Positions 32,058 to 43,386 of a stretch of DNA of 64,000 nt are shown here, piece after piece (the stretch's first letter is position 1; every line of letters begins with the position of its first letter). The stretch lies in the IMG/VR virus record IMGVR_UViG_3300029305_003178, positions 64,001 through 128,000 of that record; one strand, written 5' to 3'. Both the position numbers and the translations under genes were made by a program. The notes under the pieces are model-generated. The model ran no database searches, was not told the origin of the DNA, and worked only from the letters and a program-made list of their open reading frames with translations. Source of the DNA: a virus. Lineage: Duplodnaviria; Caudoviricetes.

Positions 32058-32381
32058 ATGATTACATTAGAAATTTTTACAAAAAATGATACTTTGTTGG
32101 AGTATAACAAAACATCATGTATTGTGGCAGTAATTTCTGATAATACTACACCAACAAATAGCGAAAATTATATGAAACAAGTGTCTATTTTCAAATCTGA
32201 ATCTATGACAGATGGTCCTGAAACATTTGTACCTAAAGAAACTATCGATTATGACACATATCTTGAAAAATTTAGAACTTTTATCAAAGAAGGTTATAAT
32301 TATAGATGTATGTTTAATTTGAATGAACAGCAGATTGTATTTAATATGTATGCTACTATTTTAGCTAACTGTAGTAAATAA
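32058..32381 (+). CDS. Hypothetical protein
   Basis: AAGGAGG RBS; early motif near 31999. Confidence 0.7.
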   Translation: MITLEIFTKNDTLLEYNKTSCIVAVISDNTTPTNSENYMKQVSIFKSESMTDGPETFVPKETIDYDTYLEKFRTFIKEGYNYRCMFNLNEQQIVFNMYATILANCSK

Positions 32382-32397
32382 TATTGGGGTGGTAAGT

Positions 32398-34416
32398 ATG
32401 GAAGAAGTTATGCGTGAAGAACTCATTGAAATAATTGATTCTTATGCTAATAAAGTAATCATTATTGAAGATGAAATGAAAAGTAAAAAGGATTTTAAGA
32501 AATTTATTAAATCCGTTTTTAATGATATTAGAGCTGGATTTGAAGTTAAAGAGCTTCGTGAATGTCCAGTATATTTTAGATTTAGAGAAGGTTCTGATAT
32601 TTATACAATGCAGTTAAGACATTTCTTAACTAATATTATTTTCTGGGAACCTCTTATTGAGTTGGATTCTGTAGATAAACTTGATGAAAGTTTTATTATA
32701 GACCCAACTCAAATTTCATCACCTTATATCAAAAATTATATTGATAATAAGATTGTTATTCCTTATAGAAGAAAGATTTCTAATAAGAAACTTAATATAG
32801 TTATATCTAATCTTATTTTTAATCTTAGTAGAATTTCTAACGACTTTAATATTATTATGGGTCTTAGTGTATCTATTGAAAGCTTTATTAAAGTTGCAGA
32901 AGAATGTCCTAGATTTAAAGAAATCATTACTACAAGAATCGAAGATGGTATGCAACCCAACGACATTGAGCATATGCTAAATGATCTCGTTAATGAGGAA
33001 ATAGAAATTCTTAAAACTTACGAAAATGATTTAACACCTATGCTAAAAGCTAATGCTGGTCTTAAAACAAAACAGCTTAGTGAAATGACAATTTCTGGAG
33101 GTCTTAAGCCATCTCTGGAAGGTAATACTATTCCTGTACCAATTAATACAAACTTCTTATATGGTGGTTTAAATAAAGTATCTTATTACTTTATAGATTC
33201 CATTGCGGGAAGAAAGTCCCTTATCATGAATAAGTCCGTAATGGGGAAGAGCGGATATTTTGCAAGACAGCTTATGCTCTTATCGTCTAATATTAGATTA
33301 AGAGATGATGAAAAAGATTGTGGGTCTAAACACCCTATCGAGTATGAAATAAAAACAGAAGCACATCTGAAGAAATTAATTGGTAGAAATTATCGTCTTA
33401 GAAATGAGACTGGATATAAGAAACTTACAGGTAATGAAAAGCATCTTATTGGTGAAAAAATTCTTGTTAGATCTCCTATAACATGTGCATCCAAACATGG
33501 TATTTGTAAAACATGTTATGGTGATGATTTGTTTTACGTAAATGGTAATGGGGTTGGTATTGGTAGTTACGCAGCAGCGATTATTACTAATCCACTTTCT
33601 CAGGGTGTATTATCTGCTAAGCACATTTTAACAACAAAATCTGAAAGTATTGAATTTACAGATCCATTCTATAAATTCTTTAACTTAAATGCCAATGAAA
33701 TAACATTAAATATTGGCAATTCCAGTGAAGAAGATATTAATATGGAAGACTATTCTTTACTTATTATTGGGGAAAATGTTGTAGTTATTAGTGAACTTGA
33801 TGAAGGTGCACTGAATAGATTTGTTACAATTTTCCATGTTAAAAATAATAAAACTGGAGAAATATTTGAAATTCATGATAAAGAAAATCAGAGTAAAGAA
33901 TTTTATCTTACAGAAAATTTAATCTCTATGTTAGGATTAACTAGAAAGAAAGAAGAGACTTATGAAATAAATCTCGGTGAATTTAGTTATGATGAACCAC
34001 TGTTCTTGATTGAAATCGAAAATAGTGAATTAACTAAACCTCTTTATAGTATCATGGGGTTACTTTCTACTAAAAAACAAAGAGAAGAACTTCATATTTA
34101 TACAGTAAATGATATGGCACAAAGAATGGTAGATTTGTTAATAGAATCTAGTATTAGTGCTAAAGCCGTACATGCAGAAGTTATTATTCATCCATTGATC
34201 AGATCTGTTAAAAATATTCTTGATAGACCTGATTTTAAGCACTATAATGCTAAGAACGATATTAATATTCTTACTGTAGGTATTGCATTAGAAAAGCATC
34301 CTTCTGTATTAATTAGTTTGTCTTCTCAGTTCTTAGGTAGACAATTATTGAGTCCTCTGACATTTAAGAAGGTTGCTCCTTCCTTTATCGATCCATATTT
34401 CAGAGAAACTCCTTAA
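32398..34416 (+). CDS. RNA polymerase beta-prime, C-terminal half (likely non-virion RNAP)
   Basis: Bridge helix GRKSL...KSGYFARQL, DCGS, RSPITC...ICKTCYG, trigger-loop-like GSYAAAIITNPLSQGVLSAKH. Confidence 0.92.
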   Translation: MEEVMREELIEIIDSYANKVIIIEDEMKSKKDFKKFIKSVFNDIRAGFEVKELRECPVYFRFREGSDIYTMQLRHFLTNIIFWEPLIELDSVDKLDESFIIDPTQISSPYIKNYIDNKIVIPYRRKISNKKLNIVISNLIFNLSRISNDFNIIMGLSVSIESFIKVAEECPRFKEIITTRIEDGMQPNDIEHMLNDLVNEEIEILKTYENDLTPMLKANAGLKTKQLSEMTISGGLKPSLEGNTIPVPINTNFLYGGLNKVSYYFIDSIAGRKSLIMNKSVMGKSGYFARQLMLLSSNIRLRDDEKDCGSKHPIEYEIKTEAHLKKLIGRNYRLRNETGYKKLTGNEKHLIGEKILVRSPITCASKHGICKTCYGDDLFYVNGNGVGIGSYAAAIITNPLSQGVLSAKHILTTKSESIEFTDPFYKFFNLNANEITLNIGNSSEEDINMEDYSLLIIGENVVVISELDEGALNRFVTIFHVKNNKTGEIFEIHDKENQSKEFYLTENLISMLGLTRKKEETYEINLGEFSYDEPLFLIEIENSELTKPLYSIMGLLSTKKQREELHIYTVNDMAQRMVDLLIESSISAKAVHAEVIIHPLIRSVKNILDRPDFKHYNAKNDINILTVGIALEKHPSVLISLSSQFLGRQLLSPLTFKKVAPSFIDPYFRETP

Positions 34417-34473
34417 ATATTTTAAATCCCTTATGGATATTATATTCCATAAGGGATTATTATAGAAAAGAGG

Positions 34474-35940
34474 ATGACTAAAATGGCTAAAGTAGTTGTT
34501 AATCACACTTCTATAATGATAAATGATTATGATTTAGGTGATAAACCTATATTAGAAAAAAGTTTATCATTATGGGATAGTATACGACATTGTTATATAC
34601 CTAAAGGGTATATGTATGATGAAACCAAACGAATTTTGTATGTTCCTAGAGGTATTGATATATCATATATAGAAAGATTATTTAATACTACTGCGGAAAT
34701 AAATTATACACCTGATAATTATGATAAAATATCTGTAAAAATTAAAACTATGCCTAAAGATAATGGGCAAAGACGAGCAGTAGGTTTTTTAACCGGTGAG
34801 GGGAATTTTAAATATACTCAAAAATATCCACAATTATTATTGAATTTACCTCCAGGTGAAGGTAAAACAGTTATTTCTACTATGGCTATATCCGTATATG
34901 GATTAAAGACTATGGTAATAACTCATATTGATAAAATACGTCAGCAATGGGTTAATACTCTTGTACTTATGACTGATTTAACCCATTCTGATATATGTAT
35001 TATTGATGGTTCATCAGTTATTAAGAAATTGATGAAATCTGATAAAAATAAATATAAAGTATATCTTGTAAACCATGGTACTATATTATCATACGCTAAA
35101 TCCAATGGCTGGGATTCTATTAGAGAGCTATTTAAACATCTTAAGATAGGTCTCAAAATAATAGATGAAGCACACCTTAATTTTGATAATATAGTTAAAA
35201 CAGATATGTTTACTAATACAAAGAAAACATTTTACCTTACGGCAACATTTGAGCGTAGTGATCATGAAGAAAATGCTCTATTTAACAAGTGCTTTAAGAA
35301 TGTTGTAAGATTTACACTACAGGATACGTCAGAGACAAAAAGAAAGCATACTGTATATCTTAGTGTATTATATAATTCAAGACCGTCTATAGCAGATCAG
35401 GCTAAAATGTATGGTATAAAAGGATTCAATAAAATAGAATACTCCAACTATCAATTAAAGTGTGATAAGTTTTATGATGCTTTGTTGTACGTAATTAAAT
35501 ATTTTGAATCTAAAGAAGGTAAAATATTGATACTATCAACTAAAATAGATATAGTTGATAGTATAACAGAGTTCTTAAACATAGCAATTGAAAATAAGAA
35601 AATTGATTCTTATCATTCTAAAGTAGATCCTAGTATTAAAGATGATATTTTAATATATTCTGATATTATAAGTAGTACATCTAAATCTGCTGGTACTGGA
35701 TTAGATATAGCAAAATTAAGAACTGTAATTATGACTGAAGCATACTCATCAAAAGTACAGGCTGAACAAGCATCTGGTAGATTAAGAGAATACGCACCAG
35801 ATGAGTATACATTTTATGTGGAATTAGTAGATATAGGATTTCAAAAAGTATATGATATGTATAAAAGAAGACTTCCAGTATTTAAGAAGAAGTGTGTTAA
35901 AGTTCTTACAATGGATATAAGTAAACAAGGAGGTATTTAA
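34474..35940 (+). CDS. SF2 DNA helicase (UvsW-like)
   Basis: PPGEGKT, IIDEAH, LTAT, GTGLDI, QASGRLR. Confidence 0.9.
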   Translation: MTKMAKVVVNHTSIMINDYDLGDKPILEKSLSLWDSIRHCYIPKGYMYDETKRILYVPRGIDISYIERLFNTTAEINYTPDNYDKISVKIKTMPKDNGQRRAVGFLTGEGNFKYTQKYPQLLLNLPPGEGKTVISTMAISVYGLKTMVITHIDKIRQQWVNTLVLMTDLTHSDICIIDGSSVIKKLMKSDKNKYKVYLVNHGTILSYAKSNGWDSIRELFKHLKIGLKIIDEAHLNFDNIVKTDMFTNTKKTFYLTATFERSDHEENALFNKCFKNVVRFTLQDTSETKRKHTVYLSVLYNSRPSIADQAKMYGIKGFNKIEYSNYQLKCDKFYDALLYVIKYFESKEGKILILSTKIDIVDSITEFLNIAIENKKIDSYHSKVDPSIKDDILIYSDIISSTSKSAGTGLDIAKLRTVIMTEAYSSKVQAEQASGRLREYAPDEYTFYVELVDIGFQKVYDMYKRRLPVFKKKCVKVLTMDISKQGGI

Positions 35941-35941
35941 T

Positions 35942-36205
35942 GTGAATAATTTTGAAAAGAGGACTTGGAGAGAATTTCAATCCAATGGATTATTATGGTT
36001 TGTAAATAGTATCCTCCATGTATTTGGATGGGCTATCGTAATTATTGTTAATGATTTTAATAATATCGTGGAAGTGTATCCAGCAAGAACAAGATTTAGA
36101 GGATTCTCTAGTGAAACAAATACTGCGAACTATAAAAAACTTACAGAATATATGGTAGATAATGCTTCAAAATTACTTAAAGACTTTGATGGTGAGGAGA
36201 AATAA
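35942..36205 (+). CDS. Small hypothetical protein
   Basis: GGAGG RBS; GLLWFVNSILHVFGWAI...RFRGF. Confidence 0.7.
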   Translation: MNNFEKRTWREFQSNGLLWFVNSILHVFGWAIVIIVNDFNNIVEVYPARTRFRGFSSETNTANYKKLTEYMVDNASKLLKDFDGEEK

Positions 36206-36206
36206 A

Positions 36207-36659
36207 ATGAATTTAGGAAATATTTATATATCCGAAACGATAGTGGCAGCATTAATACTTACGAACACAGTATTTACAATTATATGTATGATTAAAACAA
36301 GTAAAACAAAACAATCATTATTAAATAATGTTGATGATGCAGTATTAGATAGACTCGTTTCTATTGTTGGTGATTGCTGTATGAAGTATATGTATGAAAT
36401 GACTAAGAAACATAAAAACGAAAAGTCTAAACAGATTATTACTCCTGAAGATGTGCTTAGCTATATTGAAGAATACATAAAACAAAAATATACTAAATCG
36501 GATAACGATGAGAGTAAGACATATTATAAAGATTTATTAAATGTATTCTATACTACATATGAAAGCTCTAGACAAGTTGTTATAAACATTATGTCTAATC
36601 CTAATAAAGAATGGGATATAACAGAAAAAGAGGAAGAAACAACAGATATTTCTGCATAA
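36207..36659 (+). CDS. Hypothetical protein with N-terminal TM segment
   Basis: GAGGAG RBS; hydrophobic N-terminus. Confidence 0.65.
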   Translation: MNLGNIYISETIVAALILTNTVFTIICMIKTSKTKQSLLNNVDDAVLDRLVSIVGDCCMKYMYEMTKKHKNEKSKQIITPEDVLSYIEEYIKQKYTKSDNDESKTYYKDLLNVFYTTYESSRQVVINIMSNPNKEWDITEKEEETTDISA

Positions 36660-36676
36660 AAATAAAGGGGGAATTA

Positions 36677-36976
36677 ATGATGGCTAGAACATCAACATTT
36701 CAAAATAAAATGACAATAACTTTACCAAGAAAGCCTTTTGTAAACTATATTGTTTATAATGAGAATTTAAATAAGACTGATCTACGTGTTTATTTGCATC
36801 TATTAACCCATCTTGATGCAGATGAATATAAGGCTATTTCTAAAAAAGCTATAGCAAAGGATTTAGGATTAAGTAAAGGTAGTGTAGAAGACTCCATTGA
36901 TAAATTAGTCGATGAAGATATTTTAAGTTTTGGTGGAAATGGTACTGTTAAAAGTGGATACAAATTCTGTTTTTAA
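36677..36976 (+). CDS. Winged-HTH DNA-binding protein
   Basis: ISKKAIAKDLGLSKGSVEDSIDKLVDEDIL. Confidence 0.8.
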   Translation: MMARTSTFQNKMTITLPRKPFVNYIVYNENLNKTDLRVYLHLLTHLDADEYKAISKKAIAKDLGLSKGSVEDSIDKLVDEDILSFGGNGTVKSGYKFCF

Positions 36977-37040
36977 TAGATAATTATATATCTATAAACA
37001 GAGAAATAAAAAATAAAATTATTTAATGGAGGTAAGAATT

Positions 37041-37862
37041 ATGGCATTTAATACAAGTCAAAATAATAGTAGGGATAATCAAAACAATACAAATACACGT
37101 GGTCTCCAGTTTATGAATAAAGATGGTTATGAACCATCCACACTTCAGCTTGGATATTGGAATGATATGATTTCTATTAGAATTAGTCCTGCACTGGAGC
37201 CAAATAAACAGACAGAAACTAAAGTTTATGATTATGAAAAAACTGTTTCCACAGCACTTAATGCTGAAAAAGCAATGATGCTTGTAAAAGCTATTAAAGA
37301 ACATATTATTCCCGCTATCGAAGCTGGTGAAAATAAAGATATTGCATTCTCTATTAATGGTGATTCTCTGATGTCTGTTGGTACAGGTGTTAGACTTACA
37401 GGTGAAATTAAACCTTTCATTGCAATTCATAAGTCTCTTAATCCTGATACAAAAATTCCAGAAATGAGTATTTTCTACGAATTCAAACAGAACCAGTTTA
37501 TCGATAATTATAATGAGTCTAATGGTACTTATAATGTATTGAATCATATCCATGCAGAATTTGCTACATTCTATAAATGTATGACAGTTAGTATTATGGC
37601 TATGACAAATGCATTCACACATTCCTATAGACATGTGAATAAATATTTCAATGATAAACTTATTGGTAATGTAAATGCTATTGCTAATAAAGTTGGTGTA
37701 GAAATGCCTCAGTATGGTGGTAATAGACAGTATTCTAAATCTTCATCTATTGACTTTGGTGGAAATAATTATTCTTCTCAGCCAACAAATAATCATGTAG
37801 AAACTACATCTACACAGAGTATTAGTAGTCTGGAAGAATTTGAAAAAATGATTATGAGTTAA
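37041..37862 (+). CDS. Hypothetical protein, possibly ssDNA-binding
   Basis: Beta-rich core with a low-complexity linker and acidic end; function is an inference. Confidence 0.55.
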   Translation: MAFNTSQNNSRDNQNNTNTRGLQFMNKDGYEPSTLQLGYWNDMISIRISPALEPNKQTETKVYDYEKTVSTALNAEKAMMLVKAIKEHIIPAIEAGENKDIAFSINGDSLMSVGTGVRLTGEIKPFIAIHKSLNPDTKIPEMSIFYEFKQNQFIDNYNESNGTYNVLNHIHAEFATFYKCMTVSIMAMTNAFTHSYRHVNKYFNDKLIGNVNAIANKVGVEMPQYGGNRQYSKSSSIDFGGNNYSSQPTNNHVETTSTQSISSLEEFEKMIMS

Positions 37863-37928
37863 TTATATAAAGAATGACTTATTTTTATAAGTCATTCTTT
37901 TTTTATATGTTATTTAGGAGGGATTATT

Positions 37929-38627
37929 ATGAATCGTATAGAAGATAGCGAATATTTCTTTATTTCATATGATAATGTAATTAGACATCCATCAGCATAT
38001 TTATTACATAAAATAGTTAATAATAGTGATTATAAAGAATTTGATAATTTTATAAAGACTGAAGAATTAGTAGATAAGACTATAAATGAAATAGCAGCTT
38101 TATCTAATATATGGGCTACAAAAAATCCATTAGAGTATTATGCAAAACAAAAATTTGATTATAATATGACATATGCCGAACTATTTCTAACTGATGATAA
38201 TGTGTATAATAATTCACCACTATTAAAATTCGGCGAAACTTTACCACTAATTCTTAATCAGCAATTCACTAAAAAAGTATTTATTTATAGTAGGGAATAT
38301 GATCCTAGGATAGATGCTGATATAAGAAAACAGTTTAATGCTAACAGAAAAATATCTTATGTTAATGGTGAATTTATAGATGTTGTTAAATCGGTGGAGA
38401 ATATAACAACATTTATTATTGACGATATTTCTATGGTACAGGAATTATTAGATAATGATATCATTTCATATAAAACTATTCTCCTTGCTAATTATGGATA
38501 TAATTATAAACTTAGTGATATCATTATAGATGAAAACTATGGTAGAGAACTTACATTAAAAATAGATAATATAGATAAACTATCTACCGAAAAAGTATTT
38601 AAATTAAAAATGTTTTTACCTATATAA
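37929..38627 (+). CDS. Hypothetical protein (degenerate HAD-like fold possible)
   Basis: FISYDNVI...FIIDD...NYGYN. Confidence 0.6.
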   Translation: MNRIEDSEYFFISYDNVIRHPSAYLLHKIVNNSDYKEFDNFIKTEELVDKTINEIAALSNIWATKNPLEYYAKQKFDYNMTYAELFLTDDNVYNNSPLLKFGETLPLILNQQFTKKVFIYSREYDPRIDADIRKQFNANRKISYVNGEFIDVVKSVENITTFIIDDISMVQELLDNDIISYKTILLANYGYNYKLSDIIIDENYGRELTLKIDNIDKLSTEKVFKLKMFLPI

Positions 38628-38694
38628 GTGATACTTTATATAGGCATCAACATTTATGTATAATATATTTTATATTTTAAGGAGGTAATTAATT

Positions 38695-40500
38695 ATGAGC
38701 TTCGACTTGAATAAACTTATGGGTAAGGATAAAGGTCCTGAAAGTACAGGTTTTGTAATTCAGGATAAAATGTTTGACGATGTTGATCCTTCCTTTGTTA
38801 CAAAAATGAAAAATGAAGTAAATAAACAATTCGGTACATGTAAATACGAAACTCCAAATTGGAATGTTATTTCTGAAGCTGATTTTAAATGTAGAATTCT
38901 GAATGTATTCCACTCTGTAGCAGATGCACTTCGTAATACTCTTGGTCCTTATGGTTCCACAACTATTATTGAAAAATATGGTGAAATGCATATTACTAAA
39001 GACGGTTGGCAGGTATTAAAATCTATTCATTTCGATAGTAATATTGATAATAATATTATGATGATGCTGTTAAGAATCAGTCAGCAGGTAGTTCTTAAAG
39101 TTGGTGATGGTTCAACATCTTCTGTAATCGCCGCTAATGCTATTCTGGATAAACTGGAAAATAGTGAAATTCTTAAAACAGTTAGACCTAAAGAACTGAT
39201 GACAAAACTGACAAAATGTGTTGACATCATTTCTAATGAACTGCTTAAGAACGCTACTCAAATCAATAAAGAAACATTTGATGAAATTTATCAGATTGCA
39301 TACATTGCGACTAATGGGGATCATGAGATTTCTTCTATGATTAAAGATATCTACATTAAAACAAATAATCCTGCAATCGAATTTGTCGAATCTAAAACAG
39401 ATAAGACAGAATGTGAAGTTGTTGATGGTTATAGAGGTAATATTACATATATCGATGCAATTTTTGCTACAGACGATACAATGAATTGCAATATTAAGAA
39501 ACCAATGTTCTTGATGTTCGATTACAAGATTGATATGGATGCTCTTCCTATTATTCAGGCAGCGCTCGGTAAATCTGTTGATGCTAATAGACGACTTGTT
39601 GTTATTGCTCCAGCATATGATCAAAGATTGTTAGAATATATTAAAATTCAGACAACTACTGAAATGAGATCTAATCATGGATATTCTTATGCAGTATATA
39701 CTAGAGTAAGTCTTGTAAATAATATGTCTCAGACTTTATATAATGACTTCGCTATTATGACTGGTGGTGAAATTATTAGAGAACAGTTCACAGAAAGTGA
39801 AACTTTGTTATCTGATGTTTCTTCTATGTATATGGGTGAATGTGAATATGCATCTATTGGTCCTAAATCTACATTTATTAGTGGTTTCTATAATAGAGAT
39901 GAAGAAATGTATAGAAAAGTCGTTAACGATGCTAATTCTCAATATAAAGCATTAGAAGAAGACTATATGAATAGAGGTCTTGTAGATACTAAACTTAATG
40001 AAATGAAACAGAGAGTTAGTAAACTTACTGGTTCTGCAGGTATCATTAGAGTTGGTGGTTATTCCACATTAGAAAAGAAAGCTAATTATGATCTAGTAGA
40101 AGATGCTATTAAGGCATGTGAATCTGCATATAATTATGGTTATAACATTGGTGGTTCCATGATTATTCCTTGGACTATTCATAATACCGATATTATGACA
40201 GGTCTTGATGATGTAGAAAAAGAAATTATTGTATTAATCCATGATGCATTTAAAGATGTATTTAAAACAATTTATGCAAATAAATATAAAGATATTGAAA
40301 ATACAACTGTTGAGGAGATTATTACAACAATTGTAACTAGTCCAGTGCCTATGGCATATGATATTATTACGGGTACAATGACACCTGAAATCATCAACTC
40401 TTGTATTACAGATATTGAAATTCTTAAAGCATCTATTTCTATTGTATCTCTGTTGATCTCTAGTAATCAGTATATTTCTATTAATGTAACTTCCAAATAA
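38695..40500 (+). CDS. groEL: Phage GroEL-like chaperonin
   Basis: TLGPYG, ITKDG, VGDGSTS, IRVGG, VEDAIKA; no adjacent groES seen. Confidence 0.92.
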   Translation: MSFDLNKLMGKDKGPESTGFVIQDKMFDDVDPSFVTKMKNEVNKQFGTCKYETPNWNVISEADFKCRILNVFHSVADALRNTLGPYGSTTIIEKYGEMHITKDGWQVLKSIHFDSNIDNNIMMMLLRISQQVVLKVGDGSTSSVIAANAILDKLENSEILKTVRPKELMTKLTKCVDIISNELLKNATQINKETFDEIYQIAYIATNGDHEISSMIKDIYIKTNNPAIEFVESKTDKTECEVVDGYRGNITYIDAIFATDDTMNCNIKKPMFLMFDYKIDMDALPIIQAALGKSVDANRRLVVIAPAYDQRLLEYIKIQTTTEMRSNHGYSYAVYTRVSLVNNMSQTLYNDFAIMTGGEIIREQFTESETLLSDVSSMYMGECEYASIGPKSTFISGFYNRDEEMYRKVVNDANSQYKALEEDYMNRGLVDTKLNEMKQRVSKLTGSAGIIRVGGYSTLEKKANYDLVEDAIKACESAYNYGYNIGGSMIIPWTIHNTDIMTGLDDVEKEIIVLIHDAFKDVFKTIYANKYKDIENTTVEEIITTIVTSPVPMAYDIITGTMTPEIINSCITDIEILKASISIVSLLISSNQYISINVTSK

Positions 40501-40561
40501 TATAGATATTAAGAGGGAAGAATCATATCTTCCCTCTTTTACTTTTAGGAGGTGTATATAA

Positions 40562-41347
40562 ATGGAGCCATTAACACTAAAACAGTACATGGATAACCCT
40601 ATGGGTAAGGGTTCCACAGTATTTAATAAAAAGGTTATTTTAGGGGATTTAGACTCCAGATATAATAAATTATTGACCAAGCATAAAAGCTTTAAAACTT
40701 TTATTTGGATTGATAAATTAGATTTTTACATATTAACTAAAATTCCTAGTGAAACATATGATGATATATATTATGATGTCTTATTTAAATTTACAGAACC
40801 TGATAATACTGTTAGGTCTGATACTAATTTGAATAGATATCTTATGTATGTATTTAGTAATTCTCCAAGTTTTGTATATACATATGCTAATGTATATTAT
40901 AGAAATGGATTGCTGGTAGATTTTCTTGAAAATAAATATAAAAGCGAAGTCATTAATGATAATCCAGTTATAAGAAACCCAAATGATGTGATCAATTATG
41001 AAAAAAGTATTTATTATTGCTGTAAGTATTTAATAGATAAAAATCTTCTTAATAAAGTCACATTAGGTTTAAAGGCTAAGAAATTTTCTATTAAAGAAAT
41101 TTCTAATGAAGTAAAGGACACAGATACAATCTTATTAGATATTAAAAAATCTAAAAGAAAAGTATCTGAAGCAAAAAAGAAAGAAATTTCAAAACAGAAA
41201 TCTGCTAAAAAAGAAATACCAATAGATAATAAAAGAAGATCTACCACTACAACAAATAGTAATATATCGGTTAGAACTATTAAGCCTAAACCAAAAGTCA
41301 CGTCTTCAGTTCAGAAGAAAAAAGCTGTTAAAACTACAAGAAAATAG
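40562..41347 (+). CDS. Hypothetical protein with a basic C-terminal tail
   Basis: GGAGGTG RBS; FSNSPSFVYTYA core. Confidence 0.75.
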   Translation: MEPLTLKQYMDNPMGKGSTVFNKKVILGDLDSRYNKLLTKHKSFKTFIWIDKLDFYILTKIPSETYDDIYYDVLFKFTEPDNTVRSDTNLNRYLMYVFSNSPSFVYTYANVYYRNGLLVDFLENKYKSEVINDNPVIRNPNDVINYEKSIYYCCKYLIDKNLLNKVTLGLKAKKFSIKEISNEVKDTDTILLDIKKSKRKVSEAKKKEISKQKSAKKEIPIDNKRRSTTTTNSNISVRTIKPKPKVTSSVQKKKAVKTTRK

Positions 41348-41412
41348 TTTTTTAAAAGCAGTTATGAATATATATTATACATAGGAAGTACGTGAGTAAT
41401 GGGGGGAAATCA

Positions 41413-42894
41413 ATGAAGAAAAAATTCATAAGAGTCGATGATTGGAAACCAACTAAAGCACAATCTATTGTTAAATATGATGGTAAAATGGTTGTGTTCC
41501 CATTCGACAAAATATTTAACAAACCAACAATAGATGCTCTTAATAACTTTATTATTAAGAAAGAATCTTACGTAAAGAAATTGGGAGAGATAACTCATTA
41601 CATTAATTACTTCTTAGAATTCTATGATAAAGATAAAGAAGTAATAATGGCATATCTCAAATTAAAATTCCTTATAGATAATAAGGATAATCACATTACG
41701 CTTCCATCTGCAATTAAAATGATATACGATATTCTGCTGACAGAGGAGACACAGCAGAAAGTTATTCAGATGGTTGAAGATAACTACTATATAGATTTGA
41801 GTTCTGATACAGGTATTAAATATAATGAATCATTAGAATTTACTACAGAACATGCTAAAGTAATGATGCAGATTTCTGTATCTATGAAATTGATGATTCC
41901 GATCATGTTTCATTATCTCAATTCTAATAATATGATTAAACAAAAGAAATTAATCTATAGATTCTATGAGGGTTTATTTGATATGTATGGTGGAGAAATA
42001 GACATCTACAATAAACTCTTTGTTAGTGTATTTTCTAAGATTAATGTAAACTTTATTAGAAATAAAACTATTTGGGCTCAAAGAGAGATTTTTGGTACTA
42101 ATCCTCTGACCCATATGAAAGAATTACTACACGAAAAAATAATTAGTGAAACGATGTTTAAGTATGAATTCTCTAAAAATGTCGTAAGTTTTAATTATGT
42201 CGTTTTAGATAAGCAGCTTCGTTTCTTTCTCATCGAACCATATGCGGAGAATCGAATTGAATTGTCTGCTACAAAAAATGCAGATGGTTTATCTGGTATA
42301 GATAAACTGGAAATGAATAGTACCAAAATGGATGAAAGTTCAATCATTCTTTCTAATATCAATATTAAGAAAACGATTGAAAGAATTATTGGATCTATGC
42401 ATATTAAAATAGATCCTGAGGAAATTGAATACTATAAAGAGAATATGAATATTTCTAAATTTCATACACAATTAGTATTCTATTATTATGCTAAATACTT
42501 TAATGGATTTAGAGATTTATTAATGCTTAACAGAATGCAATATATTACATTAGTTGTTATTATGAAGAAAAGATTACAGATGCAGAATTATGTATTCTTA
42601 CCTCAGTTATTAACAGCTAATATTGATAGTAAATTAAATTCTAGAACTATTAGAAATGATAAGTTCTTGAGTAAAATAAAAACATCTTCTATATATCAGA
42701 CATTAATTAGTGATAAATATTGTACACTAGAAGATGCTGATAAAGGTGATTTAATTTTGAATATCTTATCCACATTGATTAATACAACATTCACATTTGT
42801 CGATTATGAACATCCGGAAGTTCTTGGACAAGCAATTGAAGTTAATCAGGATATGATTAGTGAAGAATATCTGAATTTCTTAAATCAATTATAA
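41413..42894 (+). CDS. Hypothetical helical protein; candidate nvRNAP promoter-specificity subunit
   Basis: About 490 aa, early motif near 41369; size and timing fit AR9 gp226/phiKZ gp68, but homology was not verified. Confidence 0.45.
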   Translation: MKKKFIRVDDWKPTKAQSIVKYDGKMVVFPFDKIFNKPTIDALNNFIIKKESYVKKLGEITHYINYFLEFYDKDKEVIMAYLKLKFLIDNKDNHITLPSAIKMIYDILLTEETQQKVIQMVEDNYYIDLSSDTGIKYNESLEFTTEHAKVMMQISVSMKLMIPIMFHYLNSNNMIKQKKLIYRFYEGLFDMYGGEIDIYNKLFVSVFSKINVNFIRNKTIWAQREIFGTNPLTHMKELLHEKIISETMFKYEFSKNVVSFNYVVLDKQLRFFLIEPYAENRIELSATKNADGLSGIDKLEMNSTKMDESSIILSNINIKKTIERIIGSMHIKIDPEEIEYYKENMNISKFHTQLVFYYYAKYFNGFRDLLMLNRMQYITLVVIMKKRLQMQNYVFLPQLLTANIDSKLNSRTIRNDKFLSKIKTSSIYQTLISDKYCTLEDADKGDLILNILSTLINTTFTFVDYEHPEVLGQAIEVNQDMISEEYLNFLNQL

Positions 42895-42977
42895 TAAATT
42901 TATGCATAAGTTTATTTAAATATATCCCAATCCATTAATTTTGGATTGGGATATTATTTTATAAAGAAGGTGATTAT

Positions 42978-43160
42978 ATGAAAGAAAGCGAATTTATTCC
43001 ATTCAATAAAAAGAAAAAGAAAAGTCCTGAGTTTATTGTCAATCATAAGACAAGTACTACAAAGGGTGATCTCTTTACTACTAATCAATTCTGGTATATG
43101 CCTTATACCGATGAGTATGGTAATACTAGATATATGAAAGTGTATGAAAAATTAAATTAA
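42978..43160 (+). CDS. Small hypothetical protein
   Basis: AAGGTG RBS. Confidence 0.55.
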   Translation: MKESEFIPFNKKKKKSPEFIVNHKTSTTKGDLFTTNQFWYMPYTDEYGNTRYMKVYEKLN

Positions 43161-43169
43161 TTTTTCAAT

Positions 43170-43179
43170 TATATATTAT
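43170..43179 (+). promoter_or_regulatory. Early-type phage promoter motif upstream of two small ORFs and array 1
   Basis: TATATATTAT, a motif recurring upstream of many operons in the window. Confidence 0.65.
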
Positions 43180-43227
43180 TTATCGGATAACGAAATTATA
43201 ACTAATAATTTTAAGGGGGAGTTTAAT

Positions 43228-43386
43228 ATGAAAAAACCTAGTTTAGTTAATACTCTTATAACAGTTGGTATAAGTATCATTATTAGTGCAGTTACTTATG
43301 AGTATAAAAAAATGATAGATGCTAACAAAGAATTTGTTGAATGTGCGCATGACGATGTGAAATGTGGTGATACAAATGTACAGTGA
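43228..43386 (+). CDS. Small TM protein (52 aa, not in ORF track)
   Basis: AAGGGGGAG RBS; MKKPSLVNTLITVGISIIISAVTY. Confidence 0.55.
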   Translation: MKKPSLVNTLITVGISIIISAVTYEYKKMIDANKEFVECAHDDVKCGDTNVQ